IMG/VR virus record: IMGVR_UViG_2713896907_000003
Origin: a virus
Taxonomy: Duplodnaviria > Heunggongvirae > Uroviricota > Caudoviricetes
Reading direction: 5' to 3' (one strand)
Length of the DNA: 25,280 nt
Shown: piece after piece, positions 12,451 to 23,837 of the stretch
How positions within the stretch are numbered: the stretch's first letter is position 1
How the letters are laid out: each line of letters opens with the position of its first letter
Notes under the pieces: generated by a model
Told to the model about the DNA's origin: nothing
Seen by the model: the letters and a program-made list of their open reading frames with translations, nothing else
Database searches by the model: none
Program-made: the position numbers and the translations under genes

Positions 12451-13056
12451 TTACACTGGTGTGTTCAGCAAATCGTTAACGGCATCAGATGCCGGGTTAC
12501 CTGCAGCCAGCGGTGCCGGTGCCCCCTGCATCAGACGATCCAGCGCAGTGTCACTGCGCGCCTGTGCACTCTGTGGTGCAGCTGCCAGAATGCGGCGGGC
12601 CGTTTCCACGGTCATACCGGGGGTTTCGGCCAGCACGCGTGCCTGTTCTTCGCGTCCGTGAGCCTCCTCACAGTTGAGGATCCCCATAATGCGACTGTTT
12701 TCTGCCGCAACCGCTGCGGTGATCTGCGCGTTCACGTCCGGCTGCGCCGCGCTGGCGTTCTCGCCCTCCGTCGCTGGCACCACGCCAGTAACGTCAGCCT
12801 GCGAAGCAGTGGCTGAAACAGTTGTTGATTGAGTCTCTTTGGTCATTCGCCCTCCTGAGAGACAGGATTTACGTGTATCCAGTGCATCACGCATGACGGT
12901 GATCGCATCGGTACTGTTAACAAGTTCATCAGCCAGTCCGGCATCAATGGCCTCCTGACCGCTGTACACTGCAGCCTCGGTATCCAGCACAGCCTGCACG
13001 GACAGGCCGGTATATGCCGACACCTTCTGTGCAAACATCCGGCGGGTTGCATCCAT
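12451..13056 (-). CDS. Nu3: Scaffolding protein Nu3 (in-frame internal start within C)
   Basis: In-frame ATG at 13056 gives a 201-aa C-terminal product (MDATRRMFAQKVSAYTGLSV...) sharing C's stop; matches the lambda C/Nu3 nested arrangement (established knowledge). Confidence 0.55.
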   Translation of the reverse strand: MDATRRMFAQKVSAYTGLSVQAVLDTEAAVYSGQEAIDAGLADELVNSTDAITVMRDALDTRKSCLSGGRMTKETQSTTVSATASQADVTGVVPATEGENASAAQPDVNAQITAAVAAENSRIMGILNCEEAHGREEQARVLAETPGMTVETARRILAAAPQSAQARSDTALDRLMQGAPAPLAAGNPASDAVNDLLNTPV

Positions 13057-13750
13057 CCGGGACTGCAGTGTTTCCCGGACATCATCCGGTAGATGGCTGT
13101 AGGGGTTGCCATCCACCTTATGGCTGCCGCTGTAAATCAGCGTGATTTCCACACCCTGTTTCTCCAGCGCAGCACCGTAATTACTGTGAGCCATCATGAC
13201 GCCGATGGAGCCTGTCCGGGCGGTCTGCGTGACCAGACGCCGGGAGGCGGCACTGGCAAGCAGCTGACCTGCACTGCAGTTCATGTCGTTGGCCAGCGCC
13301 CATACCGGTTTTATGTCACGCACACGGGCGATGATGTCAGCGCAGTCAAATGCCCCCGCCACCATTCCGCCTGGCGTATCCATATCGAGCAGAATGCCGT
13401 CCACCATCGGATCGCTGGCAGCCTGTTGCAGACGGGCGATAATGCCGTTGTAACCGGTCATCCCCGAATACGGCTGCAGCGCCCGCGTCCGGCTGACCAG
13501 CGTGCCGGACACCGGCAGCACGGCGATGCCGTTCATGACCTGATAACTGCGGGCCTGTCGTGGTCCGTCATCATTACCAGATAACGCCAGCGTCGCGGGC
13601 GCCTCTCCGACGGTCAGGCTGTCGCCGGACACCGCATCCGTCAGGCGGCTGATCCCAAGCTGGCCGGCAAGCGCACAAAAGAAAACCCGCGCATAGGCGG
13701 GTTCAAGCATCAGCGGCTCATTAAAGGCCATGCTGGCAATATGCGGGAGA

Positions 13751-13770
<20 letters not shown>
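12451..13770 (-). CDS. C: Prohead protease / minor capsid protein C (S49/ClpP-like)
   Basis: Lambda gpC-like from TAELRNLPHIASMAFNEPLMLEPAYARVFF...; start placed at GTG 13770 behind an AGGAGGAG RBS, giving 439 aa and a 20-bp overlap with B as in lambda. The track's 483-aa form extends upstream over B's 3' end. Confidence 0.85.
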
Positions 13771-17448
<3,678 letters not shown>

Positions 17449-17477
<29 letters not shown>

Positions 17478-17979
17478 CCGCAAATTCCTTCATTTTTTCA
17501 GCAGATTCAACGCATTTATTAGCTCCCTTCGCAACAAGCTCTTTCAGATAAGCCAATTGTCTGCCTGTCAACTCAGGGAATTTTCTTTGCATCGAAAGCG
17601 GAATACTGTCCAGAACAGATGCCAGTTCTCCGGATAACCGGGACAGTGCAAAAACAGAGAAAGCGGTATCAATCACTTTATGCTCTGCAACCTGGTTTTT
17701 TAACCGCTGAGCAATAGCCTGTTCTTCCGTCAGATTAACCCTGGCCTGAAGTAGCCTTTCCTCAAGGTTATTTTCACCATCTGAAGATTTCTGGTTTTGC
17801 TGACGTCGCTCGCGATCTATCTCCAGTACAGTTTTAACGTCATAGAAAACCTCTCTCCCCCGGCGCTCAACAGGAGGGACACCCCATTTATCAAATGCCT
17901 GTACTGAGATACCGATGGAGGAGGCCATGTCGCTTTTATTCAATAAAAAGGCCACAGCTCCTCCATAAACCACCGGCAA
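17449..17979 (-). CDS. Nu1: Terminase small subunit (Nu1-like)
   Basis: 176-aa ORF directly upstream of A with a 29-bp overlap. The central region (DTAFSVFALSRLSGELASVLDSIPLSMQRKFPEL) is lambda Nu1-like; the N-terminal HTH region and C-terminal tail differ. Start uncertain: TTG at 17979, no clear RBS. Confidence 0.7.
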
Positions 17980-17987
17980 AAAAGCAA

Positions 17988-18122
17988 TACAACAACCCCG
18001 TTTTTTGTAAAACCCTCTGATTTTACATGCTTTTTCGTATAAGAAAGCTCATCAGGTTGTTGTATTTGTTTTTCTTTCTTATTACTTATCAAGTAGATAT
18101 ATCAAACGATAAAACAACAACC
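17988..18122. repeat. cosB-like repeats: three copies of (T/A)ACAACAACC, the middle one inverted
   Basis: TACAACAACC at 17988-17997, its reverse complement GGTTGTTGTA at 18056-18065, AACAACAACC at 18113-18122, all between the Nu1 start and cosN. Confidence 0.45.
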
Positions 18123-18149
18123 ACCACCTCAAAAAAACTCATAAATAGC

Positions 18150-18185
18150 GAAAACCCGCGAGGTCGCCGCCCCGTAACCTGCAGG
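18150..18185 (-). other. cos site (cosN), 12-nt cohesive end GGGCGGCGACCT at 18161-18172
   Basis: Minus strand reads GGGCGGCGACCTCGCGGGTTTTCGCTATTTAT, matching the lambda left end as recalled; the plus-strand side ends ...CTGCAGGTTACG. Confidence 0.85.
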
Positions 18186-18379
18186 ATCGCCGGAAAGGAC
18201 CCACAAAAATGATAATAATTTCATGTGAATAATGCTCATCACAACGATGTGTGTGAGCCATCAAACCACGACAAACAGTTAATTATGCAGCAGATATCGT
18301 ATTAATTGATCCGCATCAAGTTAACGTAAAAGCAACTTCAGACAATACAAATCAGCAACACTGAATATGGGGCAACCTT

Positions 18380-18604
18380 ATGTCATCGAAGAACAGAACC
18401 CGAAGAACAACAACCCGCAACATCCGATTTCCAAACCAGATGATTGAACAAATTAATATTGCTCTTGACCAGAAAGGTTCAGGGAATTTTTCAGCGTGGG
18501 TTATTGAAGCCTGCAGAAGAAGATTAATTAATGAAAAATATTCTCAATTTTTACCCAACAAAGACAAACACGACCAGAGCACCTGTTCAGACAGGTTTAC
18601 TTAA
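18380..18604 (+). CDS. ylcI: YlcI-like small protein (DUF3950; possible ribbon-helix-helix DNA-binding protein)
   Basis: 74-aa plus-strand ORF MSSKNRTRRTTTRNIRFPNQMIEQINIALDQKGSGNFSAWVIEACRRRL..., resembling the DLP12 YlcI family as recalled; followed by a hairpin terminator. Confidence 0.55.
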   Translation: MSSKNRTRRTTTRNIRFPNQMIEQINIALDQKGSGNFSAWVIEACRRRLINEKYSQFLPNKDKHDQSTCSDRFT

Positions 18605-18620
18605 ATAACTTATATATGAC

Positions 18621-18650
18621 ACAAAAGCGACCACTAAAGTCGCTTTTTAT
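18621..18650. terminator. Hairpin terminator between convergent ylcI-like and PerC-like genes
   Basis: AAAAGCGAC-CACTAAA-GTCGCTTTT followed by TTTATT on plus; A/T runs on both flanks suggest a weak bidirectional terminator. Confidence 0.5.
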
Positions 18651-18684
18651 TATGGTAACAGGCAATAACTCTCTCAGATATTTT

Positions 18685-18999
18685 TTAGCATTTTTTTGAC
18701 CGCGCGTTTCCGGACGTATTCTGTTCTCCTGTCCCTTTATATCGTCGGAATACCCGCCGCTCTTCAAATCCCATTCCCAACTCAGAATGTAGTCTGTTGA
18801 CCGCTTGTTTTATTTCTGTCAGGTTCACCGGTGAAACCGGAGTCCGGCGCGCCTTACGCAAACACTCTGCTCGTTTCTGTGCCGCCACTTTTCTTTTCTG
18901 GTCATCACTTAGCTGTACCATCACTTTTGCCCATCGTTCAGCTGCTCTCCGGTACAGTCCTTTTTTCTCCAGACATTCTGCCAGGTGATCATGTAGCAT
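18685..18999 (-). CDS. PerC/Pch-family transcriptional activator-like protein (phage cargo)
   Basis: 104-aa ORF with a strong GGAGG RBS; the N-terminal LEKKGLYRRAAERWAKVM motif resembles the PerC family as recalled. Preceded by a ~460-bp AT-rich leader. Confidence 0.5.
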   Translation of the reverse strand: MLHDHLAECLEKKGLYRRAAERWAKVMVQLSDDQKRKVAAQKRAECLRKARRTPVSPVNLTEIKQAVNRLHSELGMGFEERRVFRRYKGTGEQNTSGNARSKKC

Positions 19000-19463
19000 A
19001 AGTGACCTCCGATTATCTACAGACTGCTATCCTGAATTTACCTTCCTTTAATGAAATAACAATAAAAAATAAATCACAGAAAAACAACAAAACAACACAC
19101 AAAAAAACTAAATAATAAACCCCAATAATCACCTTATTTTATTATTTTTTGAGAGAGCTATTACTGAACAAAAAACGCTGACTATATACTCAAAACCAAA
19201 CAACTATTCTGCCAATCAGGTATAATGGCAACACAAGGAATTACCGTGTTTTTGCCTTCTCTGCCCATACAATACGGACATATACTTCATACTCTATTGT
19301 AATATTTCCATCCATGCGAACAACTTCATTTATCTGTAAATAATATTCAAAATATTTATCACAGAAATCGTTTTTGGCCATGATCTGAGCACACTATAAA
19401 GTCCGGAACTGACTTTTTGTTAAATTACCTTAACGTTACCAGTAACACCTTCATAACAAAACA

Positions 19464-19928
19464 TCACGGTATACACTGGGTACGGATATATTCCTGTGCT
19501 CCTTCCAGTTGCTTCTGCATTGTCATCAGCCGTTCTCTGAGGATGAAATAATCCCGTTCAGCGGTGTCTGCCAGTCGGGGGGAGGCTGCATTATCCACGC
19601 CGGAGGCGGTGGTGGCTTCACGCACTGACTGACAGACTGCTTTGATGTGCAACCGACGACGACCAGCGGCAACATCATCACGCAGAGCATCATTTTCAGC
19701 TTTCGCATCAGCTAACTCCTTCGTGTATTTTGCATCGAGCGCAGCAACATCACGCTGACGCATCTGCATGTCAGTAATTACCGCATTCGCCAGCTTCAGT
19801 TCTCTGGCATTTTTGTCGCGCTGGGCTTTGTAGGTAATGGCATTGTCGCGGTAATGATTAACAGCCCATGACAGGCAGGCGATAATGCAGATAACCAGAG
19901 CGGAGATAATAACGGTTACCCTGCTCAT
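19464..19928 (-). CDS. Rz: Spanin inner-membrane subunit Rz
   Basis: Start at ATG 19928 in ATGA overlap with R; [44 protein letters not shown]... matches lambda Rz. Confidence 0.9.
   Translation of the reverse strand: MSRVTVIISALVICIIACLSWAVNHYRDNAITYKAQRDKNARELKLANAVITDMQMRQRDVAALDAKYTKELADAKAENDALRDDVAAGRRRLHIKAVCQSVREATTASGVDNAASPRLADTAERDYFILRERLMTMQKQLEGAQEYIRTQCIP
19526..19708 (-). CDS. Rz1: Spanin outer-membrane lipoprotein Rz1, embedded in Rz in the +1 frame
   Basis: 60-aa [49 protein letters not shown]... with lipobox VVGC and a proline-rich segment, lambda Rz1-like. Confidence 0.85.
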   Translation of the reverse strand: MRKLKMMLCVMMLPLVVVGCTSKQSVSQCVKPPPPPAWIMQPPPDWQTPLNGIISSSENG

Positions 19929-20422
19929 TGTTGCCCCCACAAACAGACTTCACGCTCAATCTCGCGGCGAGTCATCAGCCCTTTCCATTGCTTACCGCCA
20001 GCGTATGTCCAGCGCCGTAGCTGATCACATGCGCCTTTGATATCGCCCTGGTTTATTTTGCGAAGAAGCGTCGATGTTCTGAAATTGCCAGCGCCCACGT
20101 TGTAAACGAACGAGTAAAGAGCGCCGCGCGTTGTTTCCGGTATATCGACGTTGATGTACGGGTTAATTTGTCTGGCGACCGTGGCAAGGTCTTTATTCAG
20201 GAGGGCTTTGCATTCTGCTTCGGTATACGTTTTACCGGGCATGATGTCTTTTCCGGTGTGTCCGTGACATACAGTCCATACGCCAACGATATCTTTGTAT
20301 GGTATGTAGCTGACACCTTCCAGACCATCGTTACCACCTGGACCAGTGATGAGCACAGACGCTATGGCAACAGCCCCACCACCAATAGCAGCTGCAACAG
20401 CCTTGCGTAATGACGGCGACAT
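19925..20422 (-). CDS. R: SAR endolysin R (T4-lysozyme-like fold, phage-21 type)
   Basis: 165 aa; N-terminal Gly/Ala-rich weakly hydrophobic segment [20 protein letters not shown] (signal-anchor-release), then E..D..T spacing (E-9-D-6-T) as in T4 lysozyme; resembles R21 as recalled. TAATG overlap with S. Confidence 0.88.
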   Translation of the reverse strand: MSPSLRKAVAAAIGGGAVAIASVLITGPGGNDGLEGVSYIPYKDIVGVWTVCHGHTGKDIMPGKTYTEAECKALLNKDLATVARQINPYINVDIPETTRGALYSFVYNVGAGNFRTSTLLRKINQGDIKGACDQLRRWTYAGGKQWKGLMTRREIEREVCLWGQQ

Positions 20423-20628
20423 TATTCACCTCTCGCAGCCTTACGCTTATCTTCTTTAATCTTGAAATAAAGATTTGTCAGATACGTCAGCAGGCCAAAC
20501 AGCAGACTTCCCAGCACACCTATTGCCACCCACTGGGACGGAGAGACTTTGTCCAGCAGCTGCAGTAACCAGTATCCCGTCCCCACCGCTGACGTGGTGT
20601 ATGACACACCTGTTGTGATTTTTTCCAT
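20422..20628 (-). CDS. S: Pinholin S (phage-21 type, two transmembrane segments)
   Basis: 68-aa ORF with TMD1 [14 protein letters not shown] and TMD2 [18 protein letters not shown] and a basic C-terminus; sits directly upstream of the SAR endolysin. Confidence 0.85.
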   Translation of the reverse strand: MEKITTGVSYTTSAVGTGYWLLQLLDKVSPSQWVAIGVLGSLLFGLLTYLTNLYFKIKEDKRKAARGE

Positions 20629-20671
20629 CTGATGTATGTCTCCGTCACCGCCGACAGAAAATGAAAGTAAA

Positions 20672-20709
20672 GAAAAACAAAAAAGCCGCCAGTGTCACCC
20701 ACTGACGGC
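20672..20709 (-). terminator. Strong intrinsic terminator ~40 bp upstream of S
   Basis: Minus strand: 10-bp stem GCCGUCAGUG/CACUGGCGGC (one G-U), loop GGUGA, then UUUUUUGUUUUUCUUU. Confidence 0.6.
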
Positions 20710-21075
20710 CAACACCGGGAGCCGTGATTATGGCATTCAGGCTCTGCTAAAAATGCCAGATAACATTCCGGCTCCCCCCCTGATTCAGGTTATAAATGAC
20801 ACAATATCTTGACAACATCCGTCACTGTCTGTCAGAAAATGTACCGCCATATAGAAGCAACATGTGAAGTACATCTATCCTTTTGAGCCAGCACCTCTTC
20901 ACCGAAAGTCAGTGCTGGCTGTTTTTTTCCTTAATAAAGCATCTGTAACTGAAACAATCCGCATATTGATAATATATTGACAGGCATCATTGCTGTCTGT
21001 GAAAAATAAGTCTCTACAAACATATAAGGCCTTTTAGCCAGCGTCTTCTTTCAGGTCAGTCGCTGGCTTTTTTTA

Positions 21076-22917
21076 TTATGCTGCCGGTGCATTTATCTCC
21101 AGCACCAGACTTTCTATCTCAACGCCATACGCTGCATTTTTTGTAACATCCGTCAGCGTCAGCGCATTCAGTCCCAGTGTCAGACTGTCTTTTATAACCT
21201 GGAATGCCGGGCCAGCCACTCCATTCAGTTTCGGAGTAACCGTGGCACTGCCGGCGGTGAACACCAGCTCCAGCGCCTGCCAGTCGTTACTGTAGTTCCC
21301 GAATTCCCCCAGCTTCGTGTTTCCTGACTTCCTGTGGTGCATCAGATTCAGTTTGCCGTCGGTGGTCTGCGTAAAGTACGACATCAGGAACGGATCACCA
21401 GTCCCCGTCATCGTCACACCATCAGGAACAGGAGCGTCTGTGTACAGATAAAGCCCCAGTCCAAACTGGTTGTTTGTCAGAGCACCAGTCAGACGGAACT
21501 TACAGGTCAGCTTCCCTCCCCGGCTCAGCAGTGAGGATGCATTCTTCACCGGATGCGATAGTATCCAGCTTTTACCGCTCTCTTTGACAATTCTCAGTAC
21601 GCCATCCGATAACTGAACGCTGCCCCCGGTAATATTCCACCCCTGAGAAGCAACATCGCCGGCGGAGGCCAGAAGCGATATCGATTCCAGGGATGAGTCA
21701 TCCGGCGACGTAGAGCCACCTGCTGATGGTGTGTTCTCCGGTTTTACACCGGCAATAAATGCCTGTGAGCGCCCTGCCTGCGACAGGATAGCCGAGGCCA
21801 TTCTGTCTGCAATAATCCCACGCCGTGCCCAGGCACTGAAATGGCTCGCACGGTCTGCTGACGTCCAGTTGGCCGATGTCCGGGATGCCGCCCCGTAATA
21901 ACCGGCAGCCACGATATCCGGATCTTCCGTCGGCTCATTCGTGGGCGTGTTTTCACCACTGCCATCTGTCATAAAAGGAACAAAGAAAATATTCTGTGCT
22001 TCCTTTCCTTTATAAGCGCCATACACCGCCTCATATTGTGTGGCGTACTTCTGTTTCCAGATGTATGTGGTGTCGCCACAAATCCACGGCACTTTTTGAG
22101 CGCTTCCACCATGACACTGCGCCGCCATACCGGCAAGGTCGCTACGGAACTGCTGCACCATCGACTGGAATGCTGCAGGCTGCTGAGCATAGCCAGCGTT
22201 TGTCATATCGAATTCACCCTGCATCCAGCATACCGCCAGCAGAACATTTTCAGGATTCTTCGCCAGTGCCGCTTTTGTACGCAGTATCAGATCCTGATAT
22301 AACGGCTTACCCACTCCCCAGCGCGCAGAGTTCTGGCTGGCCCCCGTAGCTTCACTGAATGTACCATCCGCCCCTGCTGTAAATGCTGAACCGCCACGGG
22401 AGCAGGGAACCAGCAGAATCCCGGCATTTTTTGGGATATACGGCAGCAGACGTTTGGCGATATGTAAGCCCTGTCCGACACACCCATACTGACCTTTGCT
22501 TAAATCTGCTTCAGGGTGACTGAACACACTCATATCCTGCACATCATGCAGACAATGATCTGCCGGGATCACATCGTTAAATACACATGCCTCTCCGCCA
22601 GGCGTCACCGTACTGCGACGTGCCAACTGCTTAATACGCGGATCAGGCGCATCATATGAATCAGGAAGAGGAATACCCTCACCATAAGACATGGCATTGG
22701 ACTGTCCGGCCAGCACGACCACGTAGTACCACTCCGGCTCAGTTGTGCCACTGACCACCACATCACCTTCTGCTGCAATCGCCTGCATCAGGGTATAAGG
22801 AGTTATGGCCACAGGGCTACCAAACGGCTGCCAGCCTTCTTTCAGTTTTTGCGTGAGCTTGTCCGCCAGATCTGATGGCGATGCTGCCCGCACAATATCG
22901 TAACGATTAATCGACAT
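21076..22917 (-). CDS. nanS: Phage sialate O-acetylesterase NanS-p type (SASA/DUF303 N-terminal domain, C-terminal beta-rich domain)
   Basis: Start trimmed to ATG 22917 (GGGAGA RBS): MSINRYDIVRAASPSDLADKL...; contains the LAGQSNAMS motif typical of sialic-acid-specific acetylesterases; occupies the post-stx position of Stx-phage late regions. Confidence 0.8.
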   Translation of the reverse strand: MSINRYDIVRAASPSDLADKLTQKLKEGWQPFGSPVAITPYTLMQAIAAEGDVVVSGTTEPEWYYVVVLAGQSNAMSYGEGIPLPDSYDAPDPRIKQLARRSTVTPGGEACVFNDVIPADHCLHDVQDMSVFSHPEADLSKGQYGCVGQGLHIAKRLLPYIPKNAGILLVPCSRGGSAFTAGADGTFSEATGASQNSARWGVGKPLYQDLILRTKAALAKNPENVLLAVCWMQGEFDMTNAGYAQQPAAFQSMVQQFRSDLAGMAAQCHGGSAQKVPWICGDTTYIWKQKYATQYEAVYGAYKGKEAQNIFFVPFMTDGSGENTPTNEPTEDPDIVAAGYYGAASRTSANWTSADRASHFSAWARRGIIADRMASAILSQAGRSQAFIAGVKPENTPSAGGSTSPDDSSLESISLLASAGDVASQGWNITGGSVQLSDGVLRIVKESGKSWILSHPVKNASSLLSRGGKLTCKFRLTGALTNNQFGLGLYLYTDAPVPDGVTMTGTGDPFLMSYFTQTTDGKLNLMHHRKSGNTKLGEFGNYSNDWQALELVFTAGSATVTPKLNGVAGPAFQVIKDSLTLGLNALTLTDVTKNAAYGVEIESLVLEINAPAA

Positions 22918-23003
22918 CGAATTTCTCCCATGCACAGGAATAGAGTAAAAAAGGCCGAAACAGAAGAAAATCACAGGATGAGCATCTGCCAGTGGCAGAT
23001 CGT

Positions 23004-23029
23004 AAAAAAAGGCCGCGCCATGCGCAGCC
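23004..23029 (-). terminator. Intrinsic terminator ~90 bp upstream of nanS
   Basis: Minus strand: GGCUGCGC-AUG-GCGCGGCC (8-bp GC stem, one G-U) followed by UUUUUUU. Confidence 0.5.
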
Positions 23030-23514
23030 AAAACTCACAAGGAAAATGATAAGTAGAATCACAACTTTGATATATGCATGGTCCGGTGGCCGCCCCGGTG
23101 AATTCAGTATCAGCACCTGAATCCGCGCCCCCCAGTATTCCAGCCTGCTGATAACCTCTTACACATGGGGATTCGCCATACGGCAGTATTTCTAATAAAC
23201 AGTAAGTAAAAAAATCAAGCATTATTCAGACTGTTTCTTTTCATCACCGACCACCGTAATGTCACAATCCCACGCATCATCACACCATCAGCCAGTACCG
23301 ACATCAGACGCCCGGTGAAATCCACTGCCACCACCAGAAACAACATGATGACAGTCTGCCCAAAGCGTGCACTTTCCACAGATACTGCCCAGCGGTAACT
23401 GCAGAGCCTGCGCCAGTGGGTAACCAGCCTACGGAGGACGTCACACTGACTATCCCGTAAACCCATCCATGAAAAGCTTTATGGTTGATATGCACCGAAC
23501 GTGGCGCAGATATG

Positions 23515-23538
23515 AAAAAAGCCCGCCGAAGCGAGCCT
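23515..23538 (-). terminator. Intrinsic terminator downstream of the tRNA cluster
   Basis: Minus strand: GCUCGC-UUCG-GCGGGC (UUCG tetraloop) followed by UUUUUU. Confidence 0.5.
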
Positions 23539-23549
23539 GATAATAAATC

Positions 23550-23624
23550 TGGAGCGGGTGGCGGGAATCGAACCCGCATCATCAGCCTGGAAGGCTGAGG
23601 TAATAGCCATTATATGATACCCGC
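23550..23624 (-). tRNA. tRNA with anticodon loop CUUCCAG (anticodon UCC, glyT-like scaffold)
   Basis: 75-nt cloverleaf folded by hand: acceptor GCGGGUA/CACCCGC, perfect T-arm GCGGG-UUCGAUU-CCCGC, perfect anticodon stem UCAGC/GCUGA, CCA encoded. Confidence 0.75.
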
Positions 23625-23627
23625 ATA

Positions 23628-23703
23628 TGGTGCCGACTACCGGAATCGAACTGGCGACCTGATGATTACAAGTCAGTTGCTCTACCATTGGAGCTAAACC
23701 AGC
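23628..23703 (-). tRNA. tRNA-like gene, aberrant (weak anticodon stem; loop CUUGUAA; isotype uncertain, possible pseudo-tRNA)
   Basis: 76 nt with perfect D-arm GCUC/GAGC, T-loop UUCGAUU and CCA end, but the anticodon stem pairs at only 3 of 5 positions and the T-stem has one mismatch. Confidence 0.5.
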
Positions 23704-23708
23704 ATGTT

Positions 23709-23783
23709 TGGCGGGACAGCGTGGACTCGAACCACGATAAGAAGGTTAACAGCCTTCCGTAATGATCTTTATACGACTGACCC
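23709..23783 (-). tRNA. tRNA with anticodon loop CUGUUAA (anticodon GUU, Asn-like by sequence)
   Basis: Perfect T-arm CGUGG-UUCGAGU-CCACG and anticodon stem GAAGG/CCUUC; acceptor stem has one mismatch; CCA encoded. Confidence 0.65.
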
Positions 23784-23787
23784 CAAT

Positions 23788-23830
23788 AAAAAAAGCCACC
23801 GTTGCAACTTAAGAGTCACTAACGGCAGCT
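23788..23830 (-). terminator. tR'-like terminator immediately downstream of the late promoter
   Basis: Minus strand: 9-bp stem GCUGCCGUU/AACGGUGGC (two wobble pairs) with a 17-nt loop, then UUUUUUU; lies between the promoter and the first tRNA. Confidence 0.45.
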
Positions 23831-23837
23831 TACCTTC

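Noticed and set aside
17926-17928. Internal ATG as the Nu1 start (159-aa product)
   Set aside because: It would remove residues (LNKSD) that align with helix 1 of the lambda Nu1 N-terminal HTH, so the longer form is more plausible, though its start codon remains uncertain.
19000-19463. Small ORFs in the AT-rich leader (e.g. plus-strand 25-codon ORF at ~19225, minus-strand 11-codon ORF at 19381)
   Set aside because: Too short, with weak or no RBS and AT-rich codon composition; more likely regulatory DNA than coding.
22918-23031. N-terminal extension of the nanS ORF as given in the ORF track (start 23031)
   Set aside because: The extension would include a terminator hairpin and has no RBS; the ATG at 22917 has a GGGAGA RBS and begins the conserved sequence.
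22907-23222. Minus-strand ORFs 22907-23116 and 22971-23222
   Set aside because: They overlap the nanS start codon and RBS and the upstream terminator hairpin, have no RBS, and have low-complexity Leu/Phe-rich composition.
22918-23549. Shiga toxin genes stxA/stxB
   Set aside because: Expected by synteny, but no ORF of suitable size or orientation is present in the interval.
23304-23688. Minus-strand ORFs 23304-23582 and 23479-23688
   Set aside because: They run through the tRNA genes and their terminator; the cloverleaf signatures take precedence.
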